Source: Podarcis erhardii (Eukaryota). Taken from it: 64,000 bases of DNA. Below the pieces are notes generated by a model that saw only the letters and a list, made by a program, of their open reading frames with translations, ran no database searches and had not been told where the DNA came from. Every line of letters starts with the position of its first letter. Position 1 is the stretch's first letter. The translations under genes and the position numbers were made by a program. Shown one piece after another: positions 13,813 to 25,538 of the stretch. Location: NCBI GenBank assembly GCA_964252035.1, contig OZ176205.1; one strand, given 5' to 3'.

Positions 13813-15251
13813 AATATTTCACGTCAAAACATGACCTCAAACAGATTAAGCAGGACCTGGATGAAAACTGCAAGATATGCTACAAATACACATCTGCAAC
13901 CATATTGGCTGCAGAAGTAGAGGCCTGCTTCCATGTGTAGATTTCTCTTGCTGGATGAAGATGAGCATCTTTAGGGCGCCTGATATGTCTAGTCCCTCGT
14001 AAATACCAGACTTCAGAAGTCACTTCCATGACTCACTGGACTGGTAGGTCAACCCAACCTTCTTCAAATTCTCTTAAGATATCAAATAGCCATACACATC
14101 TGAGTGGAGAGATTATCCAGGTGAGAGATAAAAGTTAAAAATTGCTCTGAGAATGCCATGGTCAAACTAGGAATGGGGGGAAATTAATTAAAAGCTTCCC
14201 TTTTGCTATGTGGATTTTCAGCCCTATGAATTTGTTCATTTTTTTTCAAAAATGAAAAAAGAACATTTTAAACAGTGGCTTCTTTATACGCAGGATTTAT
14301 CTAACCTCTCTAATGTGCTAGTTTCTAAGAGGAGACCTCTCCATTTTTCCATTTTCAAAAGGAGTGAATATTATTATTAGGCTGTCCATAAAATTATTAA
14401 AGTTATGAAACTGAAGTATTATAAAAACAAGGCACAGAGCAGTTTCTGTCTTCTGATCCTTAGAAACAACATACAGGAGAAGCTGCAAGCCATCACATTA
14501 ACAGGTGTGCTAAACCACTGACTTTACTGCAAAGACATGGTTGCTTTGAACCACTGCCAGCAAAAAGGATAAAGAAGTTAAATATAGCAGTAAAGCAGAC
14601 ATTTCAGCAAATGTTGAAATGTACGTTTTGGAGAATGTATGCTTAAAACCGGGATAATCATAACCATTTGCGGAGCTTCTACAATGAAACGATGTTCTTT
14701 GCAAATGGGTAGATGGAGGCTAAATTCACATTAATATGAAATAGCATTTACTTTTCTACCAGAGATAAATACAGTGAAAACAAGTACAGCAGATCATATG
14801 AAAAGTGACCAACATGCAGCCGGCAGGCTACCAAGGCCCTGGAGGGCCATTTTGTGTATCCTGGTGCTTTTTGATAAAATCCTGAAACTCTCTACTTTTT
14901 GTCCCTCATGGTTGTAAAAATGAGTTTGAAAACACAGAACACTGACTTGCCAAAGACCACAAAAATGAAAAGCAAGTGAAAAGGATATAAAGTTGACTAT
15001 ATTTTATGAGTTGCCTCAAGTTTTAGCAATACCACAGCTTTCATTAACCTCCATTGACTTGAATAACCAGATAGCAAAAGGGAAACTTTTACTTACCAAC
15101 ATGGCAAGATCTTTTCACTAGAGAATGCTCTTAATTCCTTTGTGGCAAAGACAGCCACAAAATGGTGGCAGATGGAGGTGGAGTTTGGCATGAACAGCTG
15201 ACAACTAGTGCTATTTTTTTTCACTGATACTTAAACCCTCTTTGGAAATTA

Positions 15252-15608
15252 CAGTGGTGCCCCGCAAGACGAACGCCTCGCAAGACGGAAAACCCGCTGA
15301 CGAAAGGGTTTTCCGTTTTGGAGGAGCTTCGCAAAACGAATTTCCCTATGGGCTTGCTTCGCAAGACGAAAATGTCTTGCGAGTTCCTGCGGGGGTTTTT
15401 CCCTTTCCCCCCCCCCTTTTCCTAAGCCCTAAGCCGCTTATCAGCTGACCCGCTGATAAGCCGCTTATCAGCTGATCCGCTAGAAGCCGCTAAACCGCTA
15501 ATAGCGCTAATCCACTAAGCTGTCAATGGGCTTGCTTCGCAAGACGAAAAAACCGCTATACGAAGAGCCTCACGGAACGGATTAATTTCGTCTTGCGAGG
15601 CACCACTG
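15252..15608. mobile_element. Tc1/mariner (Tigger-like) MITE family B (357 bp)
   Basis: 22-bp TIR CAGTGGTGCC(C/T)CGCAAGACGAA with one mismatch, TA TSD, repeated internal CGCAAGACG motifs, CpG-rich. Confidence 0.9.
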
Positions 15609-16254
15609 TAATAACTTTCCCATAGCAATTTCCTTGGGACTCTTGAGCTCCATAGTAGTGCTTTCCTCAGGTTCTGGAATTAGCTCTGAAATTATCATGA
15701 CTCAACCTACCCATTTTAGGTAGAACTTGCTGATTCAGAGGATCTAACTGGAAATGGCTATTTATTTTCTATCCCCGCCCCCACATACGCCTCTCCAATA
15801 ATTTTTAACCATTTCCTCTCACTTCATCTTCCCTTCTCCTTTCATACATGGACAGATAGTTTGGAAGGAGTGGAGAGGGTACAAGTTATTTCATCCATAC
15901 TCCAATCTGCCCACTCAACCTCTTCTTCCTGTAACAACATCCCTTCTTCCTCTCAATTTCCAGCTGTTTTGGGGTTTTTTAATTATCTCTTTCTGCTTTT
16001 CTTCATAGCGTCCTCTAGCATTTTCCTTTCAAAAAAGGAAGATCTTTGCTTCTCTCCTTCCTCACTCCCTTAATCTACTGCCATCTTTATTCAGTGGCAC
16101 TTTCTCTCTCCTACTCACCCACCCTACATGGGCATGCAGTTGCACACACTGACAATCCAAATTCTGGCAGTTCCTCAATACCAGGTTTTTCTTCTAAGGG
16201 GGAGAAAGAAACTATCACCTTCAGTCAGCCAGGAAAGACCTCTTGAGTCAGGAG

Positions 16255-16744
16255 GAATCATAGAATCATAGAGTTGGAAGAGACCACAAGGGCCATCGAG
16301 TCCAACCCCCTGCCAAGCAGGAAACACCATCAGAGCACTCCTGACATATGGTTGTCAAGCCTCTGCTTAAAGACCTCCAAAGAAGGAGACTCCACCACAC
16401 TCCTTGGCAGCAAATTCCACTGTCGAACAGCTCTTACTGTCAGGAAGTTCTTCCTAATGTTTAGGTGGAATCTTTTTTCTTGTAGTTTGGAACCATTGCT
16501 CCGTGTCCGCTTCTCTGGAGCAGCAGAAAACAACCTTTCTCCCTCCTCTATGTGACATCCTTTTATATATTTGAACATGGCTATCATATCACCCCTTAAC
16601 CTCCTCTTCTCCAGGCTAAACATGCCCAGCTCCCTTAGCCGTTCCTCATAAGGCATCGTTTCCAGGCCTTTGACCATTTTGGTTGCCCTCCTCTGGACAC
16701 GTTCCAGTTTGTCAGTGTCCTTCTTGAACTGTGTCCTTCTTGAA
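16255..16744 (-). mobile_element. 5'-truncated CR1 LINE (ORF2 C-terminus and 3' end)
   Basis: Uninterrupted frame [22 protein letters not shown]...RRLRGDMI...[15 protein letters not shown]...FKQRLDNHM, typical of the CR1 ORF2 end; terminal (ATTCTATG)n repeat. Confidence 0.95.
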
Positions 16745-18320
16745 GCCTGGGGTGTGGGAGTATGAATGAGAAAGGCCAAAGGCATAGCAGCACCCCTGGG
16801 TGCATCTTCTCCTCCTCACCCTCAGTGTGACCGTCCCCATCCCCATTTTCCTTCCTCACACTCAGATAGCTGTTGTAATCGCTGCTGTCCATTTCCTCTC
16901 TCCTGGCTCCTTTCCAACTTTGCATGCTACAGGACAACTCTCTAACCTACTCCTGCTCCCACATGTACCTATACACTGCTCATGGTGTAGCAGTTGGGAG
17001 CAGGATGTTCAAGTGAGGCGGCATTGGGCAGGCTGCAGTGTTAAGCCCCTCTGGTGGTCCCATCACACAGTCTGAGGAACACTGAACAAGTTGCTACATC
17101 CTAATTCTATGGTGGGGGAAATACAACAAAAGTAGGTCACAAAATCAGTGTTCTTGAAAGGAAAAATTAAATACCTGATGCAGCAATTTACATGGGGCAC
17201 AACAAGAGGAGAGGGAGGGAAGTCCTATTATGTAAACTGAAACCCTTGAAACCCAGATCTACTCTGTTGGATACTGCCCTTAGCTTGGATCCAGCACAGA
17301 GCTAGCTGAACTTACTTCCCATTGAAATGGGTAGGAGTTAAGTATTTCTTGTATTGTTTTCAACAGAAACCAAAATCAACTGTCTGGAGTCAATTCTTCT
17401 CCCTTTAATTTCGTATATTTCTACTGTACATTTGTATGTTTTGCTGTATTTCCAGTTTCTCAACGAAAGTTTAAAGAATACAGATCCTAATACAAACCAG
17501 CTGGGCCTTTTCACCTTTATGATGCCATTGTAATGTGTGATGTGTTATACCCACTCCCTGTTTCTCATTTTTTTAACCTTACACTAACCCATGAAAATGC
17601 CTTCCCTTTATTGGAAAGGTAAGGTAGCTCTGAGACGTTTCGGTAAGGAATTTTGCAAAAGATTTGCTGGAACTTCAAATGCAAATAGGTGCTTACTGAC
17701 CCTCTCAAAATACTAGCTTTTTACCCCTGCATTTGCCAAACAAATCGTCCTTCACTATATACCTGAAGAACCTGGTGTTAACATTAATTTGTTCAATCAT
17801 AACCTCAGCCATTCTAGAAACTTTGCTTAAGGACCTGGAGGGTGGTCAACATATTGTAAGGGTCGCCAAGCAGATTCAATATTGCACTTGGTTGAGCTGC
17901 GGAGTGTCAGTACTGAGACTAGTATGAAAGCACGGTGTCATTCAATACCTGATCAAAACTAAATAAACACTACTCGTGGTTTACTATGAGGAGCACAGCA
18001 TCAAAATTAGTAAGCAATACTGATGTCCACAGAGGGGGAGGGGCAAGGTAATGGCGAAGCTGACATGGACCAAACATGCCAGCCACAGAATCACATTGAT
18101 TCCACTAGGGTGTTTGCACCATGCACACCTCACCCCTCCCCTCTCTGACCCAGTTTACAGCAGCAACACAGTCAGAAGGAGGTCAGGTAAGCAGCATAAA
18201 CCCACTGCACCATGCACTACTGGACAGATGCATGGTGATCATGAAATTAATAGCTGATTGGCAACAAGTTTTGTTCTGGCTCTCTTTTTTCCTATACGAC
18301 CAGTAAAAAACAGTACTTAC

Positions 18321-18389
18321 CACTAAATCCCAGTTATTTTGTTCAAGTAAGGTGATAGCTTCATCAATATTTTCTATACCAGTACATGC
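18321..18389 (-). CDS. FAF1: FAF1 coding exon 2 (69 nt; ACTGIENIDEAITLLEQNNWDLV, UBA domain)
   Basis: Minus strand TTTCATTTTAG|GCATGTACTGGT...GATTTAGTG|GTAAGT. Peptide matches human FAF1 UBA residues 16-38. Confidence 0.97.
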
Positions 18390-19084
18390 CTAAAATGAAA
18401 AAATAAAATAAAAAGGTTCAGCTGAAGAAATCTCTCAAGTATTAATTCTTTAAACATTAAAATAAGACAGGGGTCACCAACTCAGGAACCACCATGACAC
18501 CCATGAAAGCCTTGAAATTTCTATGAAATGAGCCAGCCTGGCTGCTCCAACTTATCACTGTTTTCGGGCAATGAATGAAGTCAGAGCTTTGACTGATAAG
18601 TGAGCTGTTTGGACACCAGGCAACAGGAATCCCTGGGACCCTAAACAGTTGCTGTCCCCACCCCCCTTTAGTGCAATTTTCCTGTTTACGTCTCATTTTC
18701 TAGTCTTTGGGATCTCTTTAGCTTGTCCTTTCTTTTCCCCTAGCAACCAGGACGCATCTTTCCTATGACGGGCTTGTCTAAGATCAGGAAGCTCCTAGAT
18801 GTTATTTTCTGCAAATAGTACTATACAATAAGTGACGGTGGAGGGTAAAGAATCCCCCTCCCTTCACGAAAGGCAAATCTTGGCATATGCAACTAAAAGA
18901 ATCTCCAGTATTCGTTTCTCAGATGTATACCCCATCTTTCTGCATTAGGCATTCAAAGAGGCCAACAAAATTAGAAGTGGATACAATAAAAAAAAAATCA
19001 TTATCAAGAAACAAACAGAAAATATCAGTTCTTTCCATCACTCTTAGGAGAACTATACTGAAAGAACCGGGCCTCCTGGATGGG

Positions 19085-19332
19085 AGAAGAGAAGAAGAGT
19101 TTGGATTTGATATCCTGCTTTATCCACTACCCGAAGGAGTCTCAAAGCGGCTAACAAACTCCTTTCCCTTCCTCCCCCCCACAACAAACACTCTGTGAGG
19201 TGAGTGGGGCTGAGAGACTTCAAAGAAGTGTGACTAGCCCAAGGTCACCCAGCAGCTGCATGTGGAGGAGCGGGGAAGTGAACCCAGTTCACCAGATTAC
19301 GAGTCCACCGCTCTTAACCACTACACCACACC
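19085..19332 (-). mobile_element. tRNA-derived SINE (Squam3-like), (TTC)n tail
   Basis: Reverse strand GTGGTGTAGTGGTTAAGAGCGG head, degenerate B box; body near-identical to 39582-39844. Confidence 0.85.
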
Positions 19333-19356
19333 ACACCACACCACACCACACCACAC
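19323..19356. repeat. (CACCA)n pentanucleotide microsatellite at the SINE head
   Basis: About six tandem units, seen directly. Confidence 0.9.
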
Positions 19357-19520
19357 ACAGAGGACATAGGATTAAGTTTTCTTCAACATTTTCCCATGTT
19401 TCCTCTGACTTGTTATGTGCCTTTATGAAGCCCATAAAGCATAATTAACTGGGTCACTCTCCTTATTTGAAAGAAAACATGGGAAGAAAATTTCAAATTA
19501 CACTGACAGAGCAATTATAT

Positions 19521-19656
19521 CAGGCTTCCTCAACCTCGGCCCTCCAGATGTTTTGAAACTAACAATTCCCAGCATCCTGACCACTGGTCCCGCTAGCTAG
19601 GGATCATGGGAGTTGTAGGCCAAAAACCTCTGGAGGGCCAAGGTTGAGAAAACCTG
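19521..19656. mobile_element. hAT MITE (136 bp)
   Basis: TIRs CAGGCTTCCTCAACCTCGGCCCTCCAGA / TCTGGAGGGCCAAGGTTGAGAAAACCTG; perfect 8-bp TSD AATTATAT. Confidence 0.92.
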
Positions 19657-20749
19657 AATTATATGAGTGCTTACTAAGAAGTTAAGTTCCACTGCATTCA
19701 GTGGGACTTTCTCTCATGTATGTGTGCACAGGATTAAAGCCTGAATATAGTTAGAAGCAAAAGGTGATCATTGCAGTTCCCAACCACCTGCTCCTGTAGT
19801 ATTTGAAAATGCATTATATTTTTTTAAAAAGCTCTTTCCAGCAACAACTTGCATTTCTTCTACTGAATAGCATTCAGAAGTGTGTTGGCAAAGAAACAGA
19901 TGTTCATTACCCTTCAGTCGCTCTTCATTAACAACGAATCTTCATAAAACCGTATTTAAGAGTGCCGCTTATACTTGGTATTTATATTGCCGTTTGCAAT
20001 GGAATTCTCATAACTCCCAACTGCAACTTTTCCATTAGAAAATAAGAAGCAGAAGCTGATTAAATAAAAACCAAGCACCATGCTGAACTGATGCTCTCCA
20101 TATGCACATCCTCTTTGTAAGAGCAAGGGAAAATATTTTATAAAGAAGCAGAATTGCTTTGAATTAGTGTCTGTTATTCAGGGGGCACTCTTAAATGTAT
20201 TCAAACCAGTTGCTTCATTACAAAGAATCCTACAGCTATACCTCTGAAAGCTTCTATTTGAGGCTGTGTTCGCACTACTATTTCATCACAAATTTGCTCT
20301 TTGAGATGCTGCTACAATCATAACAGGTCTTTACCAGTGCAAAATTCAATAGGAAAGTTCAAGCATCAGCTCTAGATGTCAAAAAAAGGAACACATCAAG
20401 ACAGTGTAGAGCAGCCCTTCAGAGTGTCAGGAGCAAGAGCAGAGTAACCTACCTGTGGTATTTGGGGACTGAGGGCAGTAGCTGAAGTTTCCATGCCATT
20501 AAACCTTCTCAGTGGACAATAAATACATCTCTGTGATGGAGTGAGGCTAACAGAACAATCCTAAGTGCAGGAAACTATTGGAATGAACACCAATTTAAAT
20601 TAAGCTGGCATAAAATACCCCTATTTCAAAGTGGGTTCAGCAGCAGCGCTGCTACCTCCAGCTGAGCTAACCCAAGTCTAACAGAGGGGAAACAAGCCTT
20701 TAAAATAGAGTTTGACTTATACCACCCTGAGTTCCAATAGGATGCCAGG

Positions 20750-20839
20750 CATAGCTGTCAACTTTCTCCTTTTCTTGCGAGGAATCCTATTTGGAATAAG
20801 GGAATTTCCCTTCTAAAAAGGGAAACATTAACAGCTATG
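20750..20839. mobile_element. hAT MITE (90 bp), copy 1
   Basis: CATAGCTGTCAAC ... TTAACAGCTATG termini; 8-bp TSD (A/T)TGCCAGG (7/8); same family as 33480-33569. Confidence 0.85.
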
Positions 20840-23584
20840 TTGCCAGGTCACAAGACTGAGCTAAAAGATGTCTCCCCTTACTCTGTCCTGCCACGCCACA
20901 CCCCTTTTTGAGGAGTTCCACCAGTTTAAGACCCGCTGGCTGAGCCAGTATAACCCAGCTCAAACACACTGAGTGACTTAACATTGGCATATCTCTGGCT
21001 GAGCTGGGATGAGGCAGTCACTCCAGCTCAGCCCAAACTCACTCCTTTGTGCATATCTGGGGTCTGGACTGCACTATAATATTACTCTTCCTCCAATATG
21101 CAGGGGACCTAAGCACCTTAGGTGAGATAATCAAATCTTGCCCTTCCCGTTTTAGACTGAAAGCACTTTTCTTTATAACATTGTATTCCTAATGTGTTGT
21201 GTTGTTTCTGTTGAAAGCATGGAAGAGGGTACAGCTACCAGAGTACAGTAGTAAGGAATTAATAAGGAATATTATTTAGGTAAAGATATGAAACGAATGC
21301 TGATTTTGTATGTAATGGATCAATGCAAAATTTATTTTTCTTTTAAAATAAAAATGAATAAAAAGAACATTTTTTAAAAAAAATTTGAAATACTGCATTA
21401 AGTGATTTTTGGTGTTTTGACATCCCACTTAACCTGGGCAAAGTAGAGAAAGAGGACTGGAGTCAGCTTTTCATTCAACCTGGTCTTCCTATAGCATATA
21501 GTATCTGATTAGTGATTAATTCTTAATGAATGATTTAAGGGAGCAATACTCCCCATAAATGGAAGGGGCTGGATAAATGGGTTCTTTTCAAGCACAGTGC
21601 CCTTACTTAACATATTAATATTTTTTAAAGTAGATTCGGCCACTTTCTCAGCAACCTATACTCATGCCGTGTAGCACAATAACGTCGCCTAAAATTTGTC
21701 AAATGAAATATAGGCAGAACTGAAGCAAGCATAATCTGGTTTACAGGAATACTCTCCAGTCCTATTTGGGTGACAGAAATGCCACCAAGTTAGCATTGTC
21801 ATTCGGCTATCGGTTTGGAAGGAAAATTTCAAAGGTTGTGATGTATCATGAGAAGACAACCAAAGTGCCTCTTACTAGATGTGAAGATATGACACATAAT
21901 ACAAGGTGCTGTTGCAGCGGGCAGCATTCTTTTCACAACAATAACAATTCATCAATTGCTCCTGCAGAGTCATTAAATCCCATACAAAGGAAAGGGAACC
22001 CCTACATTCCCTAAAGTCACAGCTAATTGTGTCAACACAGTCAAGAAATAATGATAATAAAAGGGGAGAAGGAAGCTTCCAGCTAAACTTCTGCTTTGGT
22101 GAACTATTTGCCCTAAATACCTATCTTTGCACTGGTTTTAGGAGAGTAGCTGCGGTAATCTGTTGCCAGAAACAAACAATTCTTTTCTCCTTAACAACAC
22201 TGATTGTGGCATGAACCTCTGTAGACAAGCATCTACTACACGACATCACATGTGGTATGGGAACAGGCATACCATCACATTTGCTGTAATTTAGCAAGGA
22301 AGCTTTAGGGCTCAGCCAGAAACAAAAGCTTTGTTCTCTCCCTGATTTTTGAGTTTATTCATACATGCATATAATATTGTTGGATCTATGGCGGCCATGT
22401 GTCTTATTTTACAGAGAACTGTCCTCTATTTGAAGGTGTCCTCTATTCAAAGGGCTGACTGGTCCTAATCTGGTTTAAAGATAAAGAACCATCAGGAAGC
22501 AGAGCAGGAGCCTTAAAACTGCTCATCAAGAGTTAATAGACACCTAGAAAGCAGAAGAAACAGAGGCCATCTGATTGCAGTCTTCTGCACCATGATGAAA
22601 TGTACTTCTGTGCAGGTATGCATTTCATGCTAATCCATGTCCTCCTTGAGGGGGTAATACATTTATTCCTTATTCTTTTTCTTTTTTGGGGCGACATGCA
22701 AATAGCCATCCTAGTTGGAGCTGTGCATGAAACATACACAACACACCATTGCCACCATTTTTAATGTGGTGGTAGTGGCCTCTGAAACCCTGAAGAGCCT
22801 GAAACAAACAAATTTAAAGAACAGCCTTTGCCTCTAACTGCAACGAATGGGGACAAGAAAGAGGCCCTTTTCAGCAGGTGTGCCAAAGCTACAGAATTAA
22901 TTCCCAACATGACATCTTCTAACTCCTTCCTTGGTGCACATGCATTGGCCATGCCCCATATGACATGTGACTGGGATCAATGTGAAGCTGGTTCTACACA
23001 CAAGAATGCAAGCATGTAACCCCCTGCTCTCAGACTAATGGTGATCGTGTGTTGCCCAGAGAGCAGAGCTAATGCACACATCAGCATCTAAGTGGAGCTA
23101 GCCTATTCATGCATAAGAGCCCCATCACATGTTCATTCTGACCATCTAAAGAAGAGGGCTACAGTTGGGGAAGGAGGCAATGCATAGTCAATTGATCTAA
23201 GGGGCCACTAGCCTTTGGGGGCCTGTGAGCACATTTCAGATTTTAGGGAAGTGGCCCATCCCCTCCACTGTGCCACTCCACTCCCAGGTAGACAGGAAAT
23301 ATGTACACATCTTTGGGTAAACAGTCAGATCCAGCAGAATGAAAATGGATCCTGTTCAAGGGGGGGACCCCTCCCCCCCAAAATAATTTCAACTTAAAGC
23401 TTATAGTGGTATATATAACACAATTTTTAAAAAGCAAAAACAGATCTGGTGCTTACCAACACCACAGAAAACAATGATCTAAGACAAGAATCATCAAATG
23501 GTTTTTACATAGGATGACAACAAAGCCACCAACATATCACAGAACACACTTGTGGACATAGGGCAGACATTCATGTACCTGCTT

Positions 23585-23908
23585 TACTTCTTAAAGCAGC
23601 ACACAGTTAAGCTATGGAGCTCTGTACCACAGGAGGCAACGAAGGCCACCAACTTAGATGGCTTTAAAAGACAACTGGACAAATTTAAGGAGGAGAAAGC
23701 TATTGATGACTACTAGCCATGGGGGTTATGCTCTGCCTCCACACCTGGAGGTAGTAATGCTTCTGAATACCAATTGATGGAGACAACAGGAGTGGAGACT
23801 GCTCTTGTGCTCAGATCCTGCTTGAGGAGTTCTGGTTGGCCGCTATGGTTGGCCACTATGAGAACAGCATGGGCTACTGGGATGATCCAGCAGGCTTTAC
23901 TTATGTCT
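23585..23908 (+). mobile_element. Older CR1/L3-type LINE 3' fragment
   Basis: Translates to VKLWSSVPQEATKATNLDGFKRQLDKFKEEKAIDDY*, followed by a CR1-type 3'UTR. Confidence 0.75.
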
Positions 23909-25364
23909 GAAGTAGATCAATGTTCCTTTACATCAAGGGTGGGAAACCTCTGGGCCTATATATCCTGTCCTGCTCTTGAGAATCTCCATTGAACACGTTC
24001 CTCTCCCCAAGCGATAGACCCTCTCTCATAGGCAAGTTACAGCTGTCTCTGGGCCCTTCTCCACACACATCTTTGAATGCTTTTACAAGGCCAGAATGCG
24101 ACCTTGAACTATAATGCCTCTTTCTTGCCTGGATGGTGTGTACAGAAGCCTCTGACTTTTGCATGGCTGGAATATAGCTTACCATACAAAGGTAAAAGTC
24201 ACATCTCCTGTTTTGCCCACTTTTGCCTCTGGCCCCAAACACCACTTGCACAGAGCCCTTCAGAGGTAGCCCATAAGAGAACACGACATTAGGGCAGGCT
24301 AACTCCTGTTTTACAGTAACAATATTTTGGCAAGATTAAGTATAGGAGAAATTTTATTAGAGAAATACTAGAGAATTTAGTTCATACAGAAAATAAACTG
24401 CTGAGAGTTAGTGTTGTACTGCGACTGATAAAAATGCCTTTTTTTAAATTAAAAAAGTGCGGTTATTGTTTTTTTTATGTGAGGTTCCACACAGCTGCAG
24501 TTCATCTAAGTTTACCCCAAGAGCTCCCCTACAAAAACTGGGACAAATAGTGAACCAGAAAAGCACTTGCAGTAACCAGGGAGAAGCAGAACCAGCCATT
24601 TGTTTAATCTCAGTTGAACCTCCTGACTTCCTACACCAAACTGCTAAATAGGAGTTTCTCAGCCTCTTACCATAATGCCATCCATCCTTGCTCCAGTTTA
24701 GTGTCAGAAACCATATATTCAGACTGCCATTGCCATGCCAAGGATGGTGACAATGTTGGCTTTCCTAGCATGCATCTCTTAGTCCAAGCCAGACCTGTTC
24801 CCTCCAAATATACAAAGCTATAGGTGCAGCACATACTCAGAAAATGCCAGAAAAAGAGATTATAATGAAATACACCATTTACAAAGCTATGCTAAATAAA
24901 GCAATACTGGATTATTAATCTACCTTAATTTTATCCAAGTCTTTGTTTTGAATTCCCTATATAAAGCAGACACCCATGTCAAAGTATCGATTACAAATAA
25001 TGTTTGGCACTCACTGTGAAAATGACTTGTTACTGATTTACTGTACCCTTTTGCAGGACTATCTCTTAATGGATCATTCTCCACATCAAGAAAAGCAATG
25101 AAATTGAAAGAACATGGCAGTAAGTGGGAGGAAATCCACCTGTGTGTTTAATTTCCAACATGGCAGGCAGCCGAAAGGGGAATTACAAAGTATCTTCTAC
25201 ATTTTAAGCAGAAACACGGGGCACAGGATGATCTTGCACTAACACATCTCCCAACTGGATACACTGGTGGTCATTCCAACCTGCTGTTTAGATTAAATGG
25301 GTCACGTGCTTAGGGACATGACTTGGGTGACCAGCCCAATGCAAACCACACAATCAGGCAGAAC

Positions 25365-25538
25365 CTGTGCTTTTTTCTGGAGGGACGGAGGGGGACACAT
25401 ACCCCTAAACATTTTGTGAATCTTTGTACTTTTGTCCATTTACTGTATTTCTTTTTCCAGATTTGACCTATAAAAATGTGATTTTCTTGAGTCAAAATGA
25501 GAGTACCCCTAAACATGCTTTTAGAAAAAAAAGCACTG
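25365..25538. mobile_element. hAT MITE family with internal TACCCCTAAACAT direct repeats, copy 1
   Basis: C(T/A)GTGCTTTTTTCT ... AGAAAAAAAAGCACTG termini; TSD G(G/A)CAGAAC (7/8). Confidence 0.8.

Noticed and set aside
15430-15500. Short spaced repeats resembling a CRISPR array
   Set aside because: Eukaryotic DNA; the units are 8-20-bp tandem repeats inside a MITE, with no unique spacers.
16330-16785. 151-aa ORF as a host gene
   Set aside because: It is the C-terminus of CR1 ORF2, with a start borrowed from flanking DNA.
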